From Acholeplasma sp. (GTDB taxonomy: Bacteria > Bacillota_I > Bacilli_A > ML615J-28 > CAG-698): a DNA stretch of 64,000 nt. Both the position numbers and the translations under genes were made by a program. Below the pieces are notes generated by a model. That model made no database searches, was not told the DNA's origin, and worked only from the letters and a program-made list of their open reading frames with translations. Where the stretch lies: contig DUOW01000018.1 of the NCBI GenBank assembly GCA_012838635.1, positions 22,764 through 86,763 of the forward strand. Direction: 5' to 3'. Of this stretch, positions 9,109 through 18,157 are shown in pieces; position 1 is the stretch's first letter; the number at the start of each line of letters is the position of its first letter.

Positions 9109-9435
9109 ATGGACAAAGATAAAATAAAAAAACAAATTATAACTCAAGAAGAACAAGATGAAATAACTTTGTTGTTTAAGACGATGGGAGATTCGACACG
9201 TTTTACAATTATTGTAGCTTTATTTGAAGCAGAACTGTCAGTAACAGAACTTACTAAAGTCACAGGAATGAATCAATCGGCTGTTAGTCATCAATTGCGT
9301 GTTTTAAAAGAGCAAGATATAGTTCGTTTTAAAAAACAAGGGAAGAAAAGGATTTATTATTTAGCTGATCATCATATTAAAACATTGTATGAATTAGCTT
9401 TAGCACATATAAGAGAGGAAAAACATGAGAGTTAA
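9109..9435 (+). CDS. ArsR/SmtB-family metalloregulator, Cys-less CzrA-like (alpha5 His/Asp site)
   Basis: wHTH ...SVTELTKVTGMNQSAVSHQLRVLKE... with a C-terminal DHH...H...H cluster. SD before the ATG at 9109. The ORF track starts at 9073. Confidence 0.75.
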   Translation: MDKDKIKKQIITQEEQDEITLLFKTMGDSTRFTIIVALFEAELSVTELTKVTGMNQSAVSHQLRVLKEQDIVRFKKQGKKRIYYLADHHIKTLYELALAHIREEKHES

Positions 9436-11716
9436 AGAAATTGAAATTAAAGATTATAATTGTCTTGTATGTAATGACGAAATTAATGTAATTTTAAAAA
9501 ACAATAAGATTAGTTCAAAGAAAATATCAGGAAACAAAATTTTGTTTTCTTCAGATGATGATGGAAGACTTAATAGAACTGAAATAGAAATTTTAAAAGT
9601 TTTAAAAAATCATGGACATAGTTATAAAACAGATGAATATGTATCATACAATTTTAGTTTGCGTAATGTAAGTTGTCCTAGTTGTTCAAGAAAAATCAAA
9701 AGAGATTTATTAAAAGATGATAATATTCTTGAATGTGAAATGTTATTAGAAACACAGACCTTGAAACTAAAGTTAAAAGAAAAAGAAAATGAAAAACAGC
9801 TTGTAAAGAAAGTAAATAATATTATTAAGAATTACATAACTAATGGGTCGATTGTTGTAGAGAAAAAGAGAAATTTTGTAAAAGATAATTGGTTACTTAT
9901 AACAAGAATCATTTTATCTACAATTTTACTTCTTATTGGTGCATTTGTTTTTGAAGACAAAACATATAAGCTAGTTACTTTTATCATAAGTTATTTAATT
10001 ATTAGTTATGATATTATATATCGTGCTTTTAAAGTTTTATTTACAAAGTTTTCTTTCAATGAACATTTTTTAATGATGGTTGCTTCAATTGGAGCATTTA
10101 TTATTAATGAATCAACAGATGCTGTTTTGGTAATGTTACTATATCAAGTTGGGGAGTTATTAAAAAATTTATCTGTTAGTCGTTCTACAAAATCAATTCA
10201 AGGATTACTTGCTTTTACAGAAAAAGAAGTTAATGTTATTGTAAATGATGAAGTTGTTAGAATGGATACTAGCGATGTTAAGATTGACAGTATCGTTTTA
10301 ATCAAAACAGGAGAGAAAATTCTTTTAGATGGTGTTGTTGTAGATGGTGAAGGTTACTTAAATACAAAAATGATTACTGGAGAATCAAAACCACTACAAG
10401 CAGCAAAAGGGAATGAAGTTATTAGTGGCTATATTTTAGAAAGTGGAACTTTAAAAATTAAAACTACAAGTACGGCTTCTGATTCAAAAATTAATAAAAT
10501 TATTGCTTTTCTAGAAGAAGCTAAAGAGAATAAAAGTGAAACAGAAATAAGAGTAAGTAAAATGGCTAAATATTATACGCCAATTATTTTGCTTTTAGCA
10601 ATCCTAATCTTTATTATTCCAGTAAGCATTTTAGGATTTACAACTACTAGTTTAGAAACTTGGGGTTATCGTGCTTTAATTTTCTTAGTTATTTCTTGTC
10701 CTTGTTCGATTGTGATTTCTATTCCACTTGCTTATTTTTTAAGTGTTGGTTCTGCTAGTCAAAAAGGTATTTTAATCAAAAGTGGAAATAGTTTAGATAT
10801 TTTAGATCATATCAAGACAGTTTATTTAGACAAAACAGGAACGATGACACAAGGAGTACTTCGTATTTCTAAAGTTAAAACAGTTAATTATGACGAAGAT
10901 CAGTTTTTAGAGTTAGTTGCTTTAAGTGAAATTAAATCACATCATCCAATTGCTAAGTCAATTGTTAGTGAATATCGAGATAAGTTAGATACTTTCCGAG
11001 TTAAAGAATTTAAGGAAATAAAAGGTCAAGGGATTAAAGCAATTGTAGATGATAAGAAGATTGCTATAGGTAGTTATAATTTTCTTAAAGCAGAGGGCAT
11101 AAAACTAGAAGAAGTAGAAACTACTGGTTCGATTATTTATGTTAGTATTAATGGTAGGTATTCAGGATATATTGTTATTCAAGATCAGTTAAGAAAAGAT
11201 GCAAAAGATTTAATTGGTTTTTTCAAAAAGCAAAAGATTAAGACACATTTACTAACTGGTGATAATGAAATAGAAGCTAAAAAAATTACTGATGTTTTAG
11301 AAATTGATGATTATGATCATTCATTACTACCACTAGACAAGGCAGAAATTATCAAACAAGATCCAAATAAAACTTTATTTTTAGGTGAAGGTATTAACGA
11401 TGCTCCTAGTTTAGAGGTCAGTGATCTTGGAGTTAGTTTAGGTAGTTCTGCAAGTGATCTTGCCATTGAATCAGCTGATGTTGTTATTGTAGATGATAAC
11501 TTAAGTGGGATTAGATCTTTATTTAAATTAGCTAAGAAAAATAAAAGCATCGTTAACCAAAACCTAATTTTGTCATTTGGCAGCAAAATTGTGTTACTAG
11601 TTGCTAGTGCTTTAGGTTTTACACCAATGTGGCTTGCGATTGTAGCACACTTAGGTATTACTTTACTTTGTATTTTGAATTCTACAAGAATGCTAAGCAA
11701 AAGAACTTTTTCTTAA
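9425..11716 (+). CDS. P1B-type heavy-metal (Zn/Cd/Co) translocating ATPase
   Basis: CPC in TM6, DKTGT, GEGINDAP, and a degenerate N-terminal HMA (SCPSC). Confidence 0.85.
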   Translation: MRVKEIEIKDYNCLVCNDEINVILKNNKISSKKISGNKILFSSDDDGRLNRTEIEILKVLKNHGHSYKTDEYVSYNFSLRNVSCPSCSRKIKRDLLKDDNILECEMLLETQTLKLKLKEKENEKQLVKKVNNIIKNYITNGSIVVEKKRNFVKDNWLLITRIILSTILLLIGAFVFEDKTYKLVTFIISYLIISYDIIYRAFKVLFTKFSFNEHFLMMVASIGAFIINESTDAVLVMLLYQVGELLKNLSVSRSTKSIQGLLAFTEKEVNVIVNDEVVRMDTSDVKIDSIVLIKTGEKILLDGVVVDGEGYLNTKMITGESKPLQAAKGNEVISGYILESGTLKIKTTSTASDSKINKIIAFLEEAKENKSETEIRVSKMAKYYTPIILLLAILIFIIPVSILGFTTTSLETWGYRALIFLVISCPCSIVISIPLAYFLSVGSASQKGILIKSGNSLDILDHIKTVYLDKTGTMTQGVLRISKVKTVNYDEDQFLELVALSEIKSHHPIAKSIVSEYRDKLDTFRVKEFKEIKGQGIKAIVDDKKIAIGSYNFLKAEGIKLEEVETTGSIIYVSINGRYSGYIVIQDQLRKDAKDLIGFFKKQKIKTHLLTGDNEIEAKKITDVLEIDDYDHSLLPLDKAEIIKQDPNKTLFLGEGINDAPSLEVSDLGVSLGSSASDLAIESADVVIVDDNLSGIRSLFKLAKKNKSIVNQNLILSFGSKIVLLVASALGFTPMWLAIVAHLGITLLCILNSTRMLSKRTFS

Positions 11717-11785
11717 AAATTTAAATATTTTTACTATTCTAAAACTTAGAAAAATATGATATAATATAAAAAAGGAGGGTAAAAA

Positions 11786-12295
11786 ATGACAAAGAAAATT
11801 TTTGTAGTTTATGATGAGGAAGATCAAGTACATGTAGATAAAATGAAAAACTACGATTCAGGTACAGGAAAGAAATATGAATTTATTGATTGCCAAGATT
11901 TAAAAGATAAACTTGGTAAAGTTGATGATGAAGAACTTAAAAAAGAATTCTATCAAAGAATGGATGAAGCTGAAATAAGTGTAATTATTATGAGTCAAGC
12001 TATTAGATCAATGCGTAAATTCATTAGTTGGCAAGTCACATACCTTGCTAATGAAAAAAAGCCAATAGTATGTGCAAACACTAATGGCATTAGATCAGTT
12101 GATTCTACATTCCTACCTGCTAAGTTAAAGCGTGGTTCATTATCATTACACATCCCTCTAAACAAAGAAGCTTTTAACATGGCTATTGATAACTGGCCAA
12201 GATTTCATGACAAGTTTGTAGCCGATGGTAAGAACGGAATGTTTAAATTCCCAGAGAAACTATATCAACAAATGAAGGGAGAAAAAAAGGACTAA
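11786..12295 (+). CDS. TIR-like domain protein (MTH538/DUF1863, ThsB-like), stand-alone
   Basis: N-terminal KIFVVYDEED. ...VIIMSQAIRSMRKFISWQVTYLANEKKPIVCA resembles the TIR-like ...S.WV.WEI..A...GKPIIGV pattern. Confidence 0.45.
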   Translation: MTKKIFVVYDEEDQVHVDKMKNYDSGTGKKYEFIDCQDLKDKLGKVDDEELKKEFYQRMDEAEISVIIMSQAIRSMRKFISWQVTYLANEKKPIVCANTNGIRSVDSTFLPAKLKRGSLSLHIPLNKEAFNMAIDNWPRFHDKFVADGKNGMFKFPEKLYQQMKGEKKD

Positions 12296-12312
12296 TTAAA
12301 GTCCTTTTTTCT
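12283..12312. terminator. bidirectional terminator between convergent genes (stops overlap in the palindrome TAATTA)
   Basis: AAAGGAC-taattaaa-GTCCTTT with an A-run on one side and a T-run on the other. Confidence 0.55.
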
Positions 12313-12547
12313 TTGCTTGATATTGTCTTGATAAACTAAATAAATTATTATAGAAATCACAATAATAAGGGACAAACTCTTCATTTACCAAAAGTAAATT
12401 TTTATGGATAAGTTCTTCTTCCCTTTTTTCGTCTACAACTTTCTCTTTATTAAGTTGCGAAACCAACTCCATTCTCTTATTGAAAAGTTTCACTAACTCT
12501 TCATCAACTATTTCAATTTCTTTCCTAATTTCTTTTAATTCACTCAT
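12296..12547 (-). CDS. chorismate mutase (AroQ class)
   Basis: ~83 aa helical protein, LKEIRKEIEIVDEELVKLFNKRMELV..., with an SD. Confidence 0.7.
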   Translation of the reverse strand: MSELKEIRKEIEIVDEELVKLFNKRMELVSQLNKEKVVDEKREEELIHKNLLLVNEEFVPYYCDFYNNLFSLSRQYQAKKKGL

Positions 12548-12694
12548 CCTGTATCTCCTTCTTTTATATTATAACAAAAATTCTCTTAAACTTTAAGTAA
12601 AATCTTTGTAAAGAAAGTAATAAACAATATTTAATTGGTATTGAAAGCAATTTGTGATATAATTTAGTTAATAGATAATATGGTAGAGGTTAAT

Positions 12695-13690
12695 ATGAAA
12701 CTAACAGTAAAAGCTAAGAAATCTTATGATGTATATATTGAAGATAAAATCCTTTCTTTAAAGGATTATTTAGACGTAAGTAAAAGATATTTTATTGTTA
12801 TTGATAATAATTTACCAAAAGCAAAACTTGAACTTTTTAAAGAAGAATTAGAAAATAGTAGTTTTTATTTTTTAGAAGCAATTGAAGAAAATAAAAACTT
12901 AATAACAGTAGAAGTAATTTTAGAAGAGTTGTTAAACCAAAACTTTACTAAAAGTGATTATTTAATTGGTTTAGGTGGCGGAATTATTGGTGATATTGCT
13001 GCCTTTGTAGCTTCGATTTATAAAAGAGGAATGAACTACATTTACTTCCCAACTTCTACAACCGCAATGGTTGATGTAGCTATTGGGGGGAAAAATGGCG
13101 TTAATCTTTTGAAAAACAAAAACATTATAGGTACAATTACTCCACCTGCTAAAGTTATTGTAGATTTAAGTTTTTTAGAAAGTTTGCCAGAAAAGCATTA
13201 TCATAATGGTTTAGTTGAAGCAATTAAAATGGGAATGCTTTTTGATAAAGAATTATTTGCCATCTTTGAGAAAAAAGATTTTAAAAATATTAAGGAAATA
13301 GTTGTTAAGTCTTTAAAAATTAAAAAGCAAGTTGTAGAACAAGATGAAGAAGATCAAGATTATCGTAATCTATTAAACTTTGGTCATACTTTAGCTCATG
13401 CAATCGAGGCAAGTAGTGATTATCGTATTAGTCATGGCGAGGCAGTTGCAGGGGGACTTTTAGTAGATACTATTAATCAAGATTTAAAATTAAAATTAGA
13501 AACAATTTTTAAAGCCTTGAAAATTAAATATAATTACAAACTTAATTTAGATAAGATTAAACCTTATTTATATTCTGATAAGAAAATGAAAGATGAGAAA
13601 ATTAAAATAATTTTACTTGAAGATTTAGAAAAATATACTATCAAATATTATTCTGTTGATCAGTATCTAGAATTATTAAAAGGAGCATAA
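12695..13690 (+). CDS. aroB: 3-dehydroquinate synthase
   Basis: GGGIIGD and HTLAHAIE motifs. There is an alternative ATG at 12680. Confidence 0.85.
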   Translation: MKLTVKAKKSYDVYIEDKILSLKDYLDVSKRYFIVIDNNLPKAKLELFKEELENSSFYFLEAIEENKNLITVEVILEELLNQNFTKSDYLIGLGGGIIGDIAAFVASIYKRGMNYIYFPTSTTAMVDVAIGGKNGVNLLKNKNIIGTITPPAKVIVDLSFLESLPEKHYHNGLVEAIKMGMLFDKELFAIFEKKDFKNIKEIVVKSLKIKKQVVEQDEEDQDYRNLLNFGHTLAHAIEASSDYRISHGEAVAGGLLVDTINQDLKLKLETIFKALKIKYNYKLNLDKIKPYLYSDKKMKDEKIKIILLEDLEKYTIKYYSVDQYLELLKGA

Positions 13691-13691
13691 T

Positions 13692-14684
13692 ATGGCTTTT
13701 AGTTTAGGAAAGAATTTAAGAATTACTATATTTGGGGAAGCTCATAGTGAAAAAATGGGTGTTGTAATTGAAGGACTACCTGTAGGCAAAACTATTAATA
13801 TAGAAACAATCAAAGCAAATTTAGCTTTAAGAAGAAGTAAAACTTGTTTTGAAACGAAAAGAGTTGAAGATGATGAGTTTGAGATTGTTTCAGGCTACTT
13901 CAATAATAGGACAACTGGTGGGCCAGTTGCAATACTTGTTTCAAATAAAAGGCAAAAATCTTCTGATTATGATCCCAACACGATTAGACCATCTCATGCT
14001 GATTATGTTTCAAAAGTAAAATATGATGGTTTCAATGATTATCGTGGTGGTGGAATCTTTTCAGGAAGACTAACTGTGTTATTAGTTATTGCTGGTTCTA
14101 TTTGTTTAGATTTACTTCAAGAAAAAGAGATTACAATTGAAACTAATGTTACATCTATTGGTGGTGAAAGTAAGGAATACGAAACTTTGCTGGAAGAGAC
14201 AGTTAAAGAAAAAGATAGTTTAGGCGGAATTATTCAAGTTACAGTTAATAATTTACCAGTTGGTTTAGGGGAACCTTATTTTGATAAAGTGGATGCTTTA
14301 CTTGCAAGAGCACTTTTTAGTGTTCCTAGTGTTAAAGGAGTTTCTTTTGGTTTGGGATTTGCAATTACTAAACTTAAAGGATCTGAAGCTAATGATGAAT
14401 TTTATTATAATGAAGGTAGAGTGAAAACAAAAACAAATCATTCTGGTGGTATTAATGGTGGGATTACTAATGGAATGCCTTTAGTTATTAATGTTGCTTT
14501 AAGGCCAACGCCATCAATTGGTAAAGTCCAAGATAGTATTTCTTTAGATAAAAAAGAAAATGTAAAGTTAGAATTACAAGGGCGATATGATACAACTCAT
14601 ATTTTTAGGACACAAATAGTATTAAAAGCAGTTGTTGCTTTAGTCCTTTATGATTTATTTAGAGAAAATAAAAAAACTTGGTAA
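13692..14684 (+). CDS. aroC: chorismate synthase
   Basis: FGEAHSEKMGVVIEGLP N-terminus; conserved GGRSSARET-like core. Confidence 0.8.
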   Translation: MAFSLGKNLRITIFGEAHSEKMGVVIEGLPVGKTINIETIKANLALRRSKTCFETKRVEDDEFEIVSGYFNNRTTGGPVAILVSNKRQKSSDYDPNTIRPSHADYVSKVKYDGFNDYRGGGIFSGRLTVLLVIAGSICLDLLQEKEITIETNVTSIGGESKEYETLLEETVKEKDSLGGIIQVTVNNLPVGLGEPYFDKVDALLARALFSVPSVKGVSFGLGFAITKLKGSEANDEFYYNEGRVKTKTNHSGGINGGITNGMPLVINVALRPTPSIGKVQDSISLDKKENVKLELQGRYDTTHIFRTQIVLKAVVALVLYDLFRENKKTW

Positions 14685-14740
14685 TTTTTTGTTTTTAAAA
14701 ATACAAAATATGGTAATATATATGTAAGAGGAGAAAAAAC

Positions 14741-15802
14741 ATGAAAAAATTTTTAAGTTTTATTACTTTAATTCTTGTGTCTATTTTTCTAGTAGCTTGC
14801 GAACCAAAGAAAAAAGAAGTGGAATTAACTAAACAAGAAGTTGCTACAATGGCTAGTGCTGTTGAAGTGAGTGTTGATGGATCAGACGTTGTTAGTTTAG
14901 AATCTGACATCGATTTAAAAGTTGTATTGAAAGGTGCTGAAGGCTCAACAGTAGGTGATATTGAACTTACTGCTAAAGGTGAGATTGGTTTATATGCTGA
15001 TCTTGAAGAGTTTAGTAGTTCTTATATCTATGGTAAGATAGATGCGAATTATGAAATTAAGGGAAATCTTGAAGACTTCATTCTTGCACTAATGGGTATG
15101 GGAGAAGGAATGGCTGAAGAGAGAGCAGAAGAAATGACTGAAGATGAAAAAGCTGCTGTTCTTGCAATGCTAGGTATTAATTTAGATTTTCCTAAAAAAG
15201 GATCAGTTGCTGGAAATGTTTATGTTATCGCAGGTGTTGCTTATGTTGATTTAACAATCATTACTGATGGCACTGAAGTGAAAATGAAACGTTATGAAGA
15301 AGTATTTACTGAAGCAGAGTTCAATAACTTCAAAGCAGAACTAACTAGTGAAAAATTAGAAGTATCAGAATTAGATGTAGAAGAGTTATTAGAAGTAGCA
15401 AATCTAAAAACTTATAAAGTTGGCGATGCAAATCTATTTGAAATCTCATTGCGCAAAGAAGATTTAGATAAAGCTATTGAAAATGCCTTAGCAGAATTTG
15501 GCGATAAAGAAATGGCTGATGATGTTACACTTACTCATGAAGGTGATTTTGCAGCTAATTTCAGTATTAAATTCCAAGAAGCTTTAGAACAAGTTAAAGC
15601 TGATGCCAAGGCAGATTTAGAAATTGCCTTAACAATCGCTATGTCAGAAGATATGAACATTGCTCGAGAAATTTCAATTGATGCTAAGTTCAATTTCGAT
15701 TTGAACTTTAAAGGTAAAATGCCAAAAGGATTACCTAAAGCTGCAGATTTAAAAGATTATGAGCATGGCTTAGACTTTGATTTATTTGGTGCTGCTCAAT
15801 AA
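14741..15802 (+). CDS. hypothetical lipoprotein (LVAC lipobox), acidic
   Basis: Signal peptide plus lipobox. Confidence 0.55.
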   Translation: MKKFLSFITLILVSIFLVACEPKKKEVELTKQEVATMASAVEVSVDGSDVVSLESDIDLKVVLKGAEGSTVGDIELTAKGEIGLYADLEEFSSSYIYGKIDANYEIKGNLEDFILALMGMGEGMAEERAEEMTEDEKAAVLAMLGINLDFPKKGSVAGNVYVIAGVAYVDLTIITDGTEVKMKRYEEVFTEAEFNNFKAELTSEKLEVSELDVEELLEVANLKTYKVGDANLFEISLRKEDLDKAIENALAEFGDKEMADDVTLTHEGDFAANFSIKFQEALEQVKADAKADLEIALTIAMSEDMNIAREISIDAKFNFDLNFKGKMPKGLPKAADLKDYEHGLDFDLFGAAQ

Positions 15803-15821
15803 AAGAAAAGAATAAGATAAA

Positions 15822-15860
15822 GAAAACCGAGATGTGAAAGCACCTCGGTTTTTATTTTTT
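15822..15860 (+). terminator. rho-independent terminator
   Basis: ACCGAG...CTCGGT stem followed by T's. Confidence 0.6.
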
Positions 15861-15909
15861 AATGGTAAAATAGAGCAAGATAGGGTATAATATATAATAA
15901 GAGGTATTT

Positions 15910-17154
15910 ATGTATTATTTAATTGGGAAGAAAATTGGATATTCTTATTCACCTTATATTCATAAGAAGTTAGGGTCTTATAACTATGAAATAAAAGAAA
16001 TGAATAATATTTCTTCGTTTTTAAATACAAAAGAATTTAAAGGTATTAATATTACGATGCCCTTTAAAGAAGAGGTTATCAAGTATCTTGATTACCAAGA
16101 TCCAGTTGTAGAGGAAATTGGTGTTTGCAATACAATCGTTAATAATAATGGTAAGTTATATGGTTATAATACAGATTATGCTGGTTTTAAATATTTATTA
16201 GCAAATAACAATATTTCTGTAAAGGGTAAAACTTGTTATATTTTAGGAAGTGGGGCAACATCAAAAACAGTAGCCTTAGTACTAAAAGAATTACATGCTA
16301 AAAAAATAGTTACTGTATCTCGTGCTAAAAAAGGAATTGACTTTTTAAACTATCAAGACTTAAAAAACGATTATTACTGTGAGATTTTAGTAAACACAAC
16401 ACCAGTAGGAGTTTATCCTGATTTTGATAAATCGCCTGTAAGTTTGAAAGGTTTTAAAAAGCTTGAATTAGTAATTGATGTCAATTATAATCCTTTTAGA
16501 AGCAAATTAATGTTAGATGCTGCAAGTTTAAAGATAAACAATTATAATGGTTTAGAAATGTTAATCTATCAAGCTAAAGTAGCTAGTGAGTTATTTCAAA
16601 AGAGAAAAATAGACGATAGTGTTATCCAGGATATCAAAAGAAATTTACTTTTTTTAAGAAGAAATATCGTTTTTATAGGCATGCCAGGAACTGGTAAAAC
16701 AACAATCGCGAAGTTTATTGGGCAAGATTTTAAAAAGAAAGTTTATGATGTTGATAAAGAAATTTCTAAAGCTGAAGATATGAGTATTCCTGAACTTTTT
16801 CAAGAAAAAGGTGAAGAATACTTTAGAAAAAAAGAAAGTGAAACGATTAAAGAACTAGCTTTAAAAAGAGGAATCGTTATTGCAACTGGAGGCGGAGTTG
16901 TTTTAGATTCTAAAAACATGAATCAATTACAAGCTAACGGATTAATTGTGTTTTTAAATCGTGATTTAAAAAACATCTATTTACGCCAAGGCAAAAGACC
17001 TTTAATTAAATCGAAAGATGATTTAGAAAAGATCAAAGAAGAAAGAATAACACTATATAACAAATATAAAGATTTAGAAGTTAAAAATAACTATAGCATT
17101 AAAGAATCGATAAAAAAAGTTATCAAGGCTTTAAATGAATATAAGGAGGATTAA
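15910..17154 (+). CDS. bifunctional shikimate dehydrogenase / shikimate kinase (AroE-AroK fusion)
   Basis: N-terminal SDH fold. C-terminal P-loop IVFIGMPGTGKTT. Confidence 0.8.
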   Translation: MYYLIGKKIGYSYSPYIHKKLGSYNYEIKEMNNISSFLNTKEFKGINITMPFKEEVIKYLDYQDPVVEEIGVCNTIVNNNGKLYGYNTDYAGFKYLLANNNISVKGKTCYILGSGATSKTVALVLKELHAKKIVTVSRAKKGIDFLNYQDLKNDYYCEILVNTTPVGVYPDFDKSPVSLKGFKKLELVIDVNYNPFRSKLMLDAASLKINNYNGLEMLIYQAKVASELFQKRKIDDSVIQDIKRNLLFLRRNIVFIGMPGTGKTTIAKFIGQDFKKKVYDVDKEISKAEDMSIPELFQEKGEEYFRKKESETIKELALKRGIVIATGGGVVLDSKNMNQLQANGLIVFLNRDLKNIYLRQGKRPLIKSKDDLEKIKEERITLYNKYKDLEVKNNYSIKESIKKVIKALNEYKED

Positions 17155-17155
17155 G

Positions 17156-18157
17156 ATGATTATTGTATTAAAGAAAGTTGCCATTAATAATATCAAAGAA
17201 TTACTTAACTTTTTAGAATCAAAAAAGTTTGAAGTTAATTTCTTAGAAGAAAATAAAGTTTTATATTTAAAAGGAGAACTTGATGAACTTGATTTAAATC
17301 AATTAAAGGCTTTTGATGCTGTTGAAGAAGTTGTAGTTCTTGATACTCCTTATTATCAAGTGTTAAGAAAATGCCAAAAAGAAAATACTATTATTAAAGT
17401 AAAAGATGCTGTTTTTGGTTCTGGCTTAGAAATCATTGCTGGTCCTTGCTCGGTTGAAAGTAAAGAGCAAATTGATAGGATTGCGAAAAGTTTAAAGTTT
17501 ATGGGTATTAAAGCTTTAAGAGGTGGAGCCTATAAACCAAGAACATCTCCTTATACTTTCCAAGGTTTAGGAGAAGAAGCTTTAAAATATTTAAAAGCAG
17601 TAGGTGATAAATATAACCTAGCCATTGTTTCGGAAATAGTGTCAGAAGATGATCTAGACTTATTTATTAAATATGTTGATATTATTCAAGTTGGGACGCG
17701 AAATATGCAAAATTATGCGTTACTTAAAAAACTTGGTAAAATAAAAAAACCTATTTTATTAAAACGAGGTTTTGCTTCTACTGTAGAAGAGTGGTTACTT
17801 GCTGCTGAATACTTATTAAGTTTAGGAAATAGAGAAGTTATCTTGTGTGAAAGAGGAATTAGGTCAGTTGCCAATGGCTCAAAAGCAACTTTGGATTTAA
17901 ATGTTATTCCTCATTTAAAAAAGATTAGCCATTTACCAGTTATTGTAGATCCTTCTCATGGCACAGGTTTTTCTGAGTATGTAGAACCAATGAGTTTAGC
18001 TGCTGTTGCAGCGGGAGCTGATGGTTTGCTTATTGAGGTTCACCATGATCCTAAAACTGCTTTAAGTGATGGCGTTCAAACTTTATGCATAGAAAGATTT
18101 GCTCAACTTCTTAAAAAAGTTAAATCGTTGAAAGAGCATTTAGAAGAAAATGATTGA
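17156..18157 (+). CDS. aroF: DAHP synthase (class I-beta) with an N-terminal ferredoxin-like regulatory domain
   Basis: GPCSVES and KPRTSPY motifs. SD AAGGAGG before the ATG at 17156. The ORF track starts at 17135. Confidence 0.85.
   Translation: MIIVLKKVAINNIKELLNFLESKKFEVNFLEENKVLYLKGELDELDLNQLKAFDAVEEVVVLDTPYYQVLRKCQKENTIIKVKDAVFGSGLEIIAGPCSVESKEQIDRIAKSLKFMGIKALRGGAYKPRTSPYTFQGLGEEALKYLKAVGDKYNLAIVSEIVSEDDLDLFIKYVDIIQVGTRNMQNYALLKKLGKIKKPILLKRGFASTVEEWLLAAEYLLSLGNREVILCERGIRSVANGSKATLDLNVIPHLKKISHLPVIVDPSHGTGFSEYVEPMSLAAVAAGADGLLIEVHHDPKTALSDGVQTLCIERFAQLLKKVKSLKEHLEEND

Noticed and set aside
18150-18157. Possible programmed frameshift or readthrough at the aroF/aroA ATGATTGA junction
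   Set aside because: An ordinary 8-nt start/stop overlap typical of translational coupling. Both proteins are complete in their own frames.
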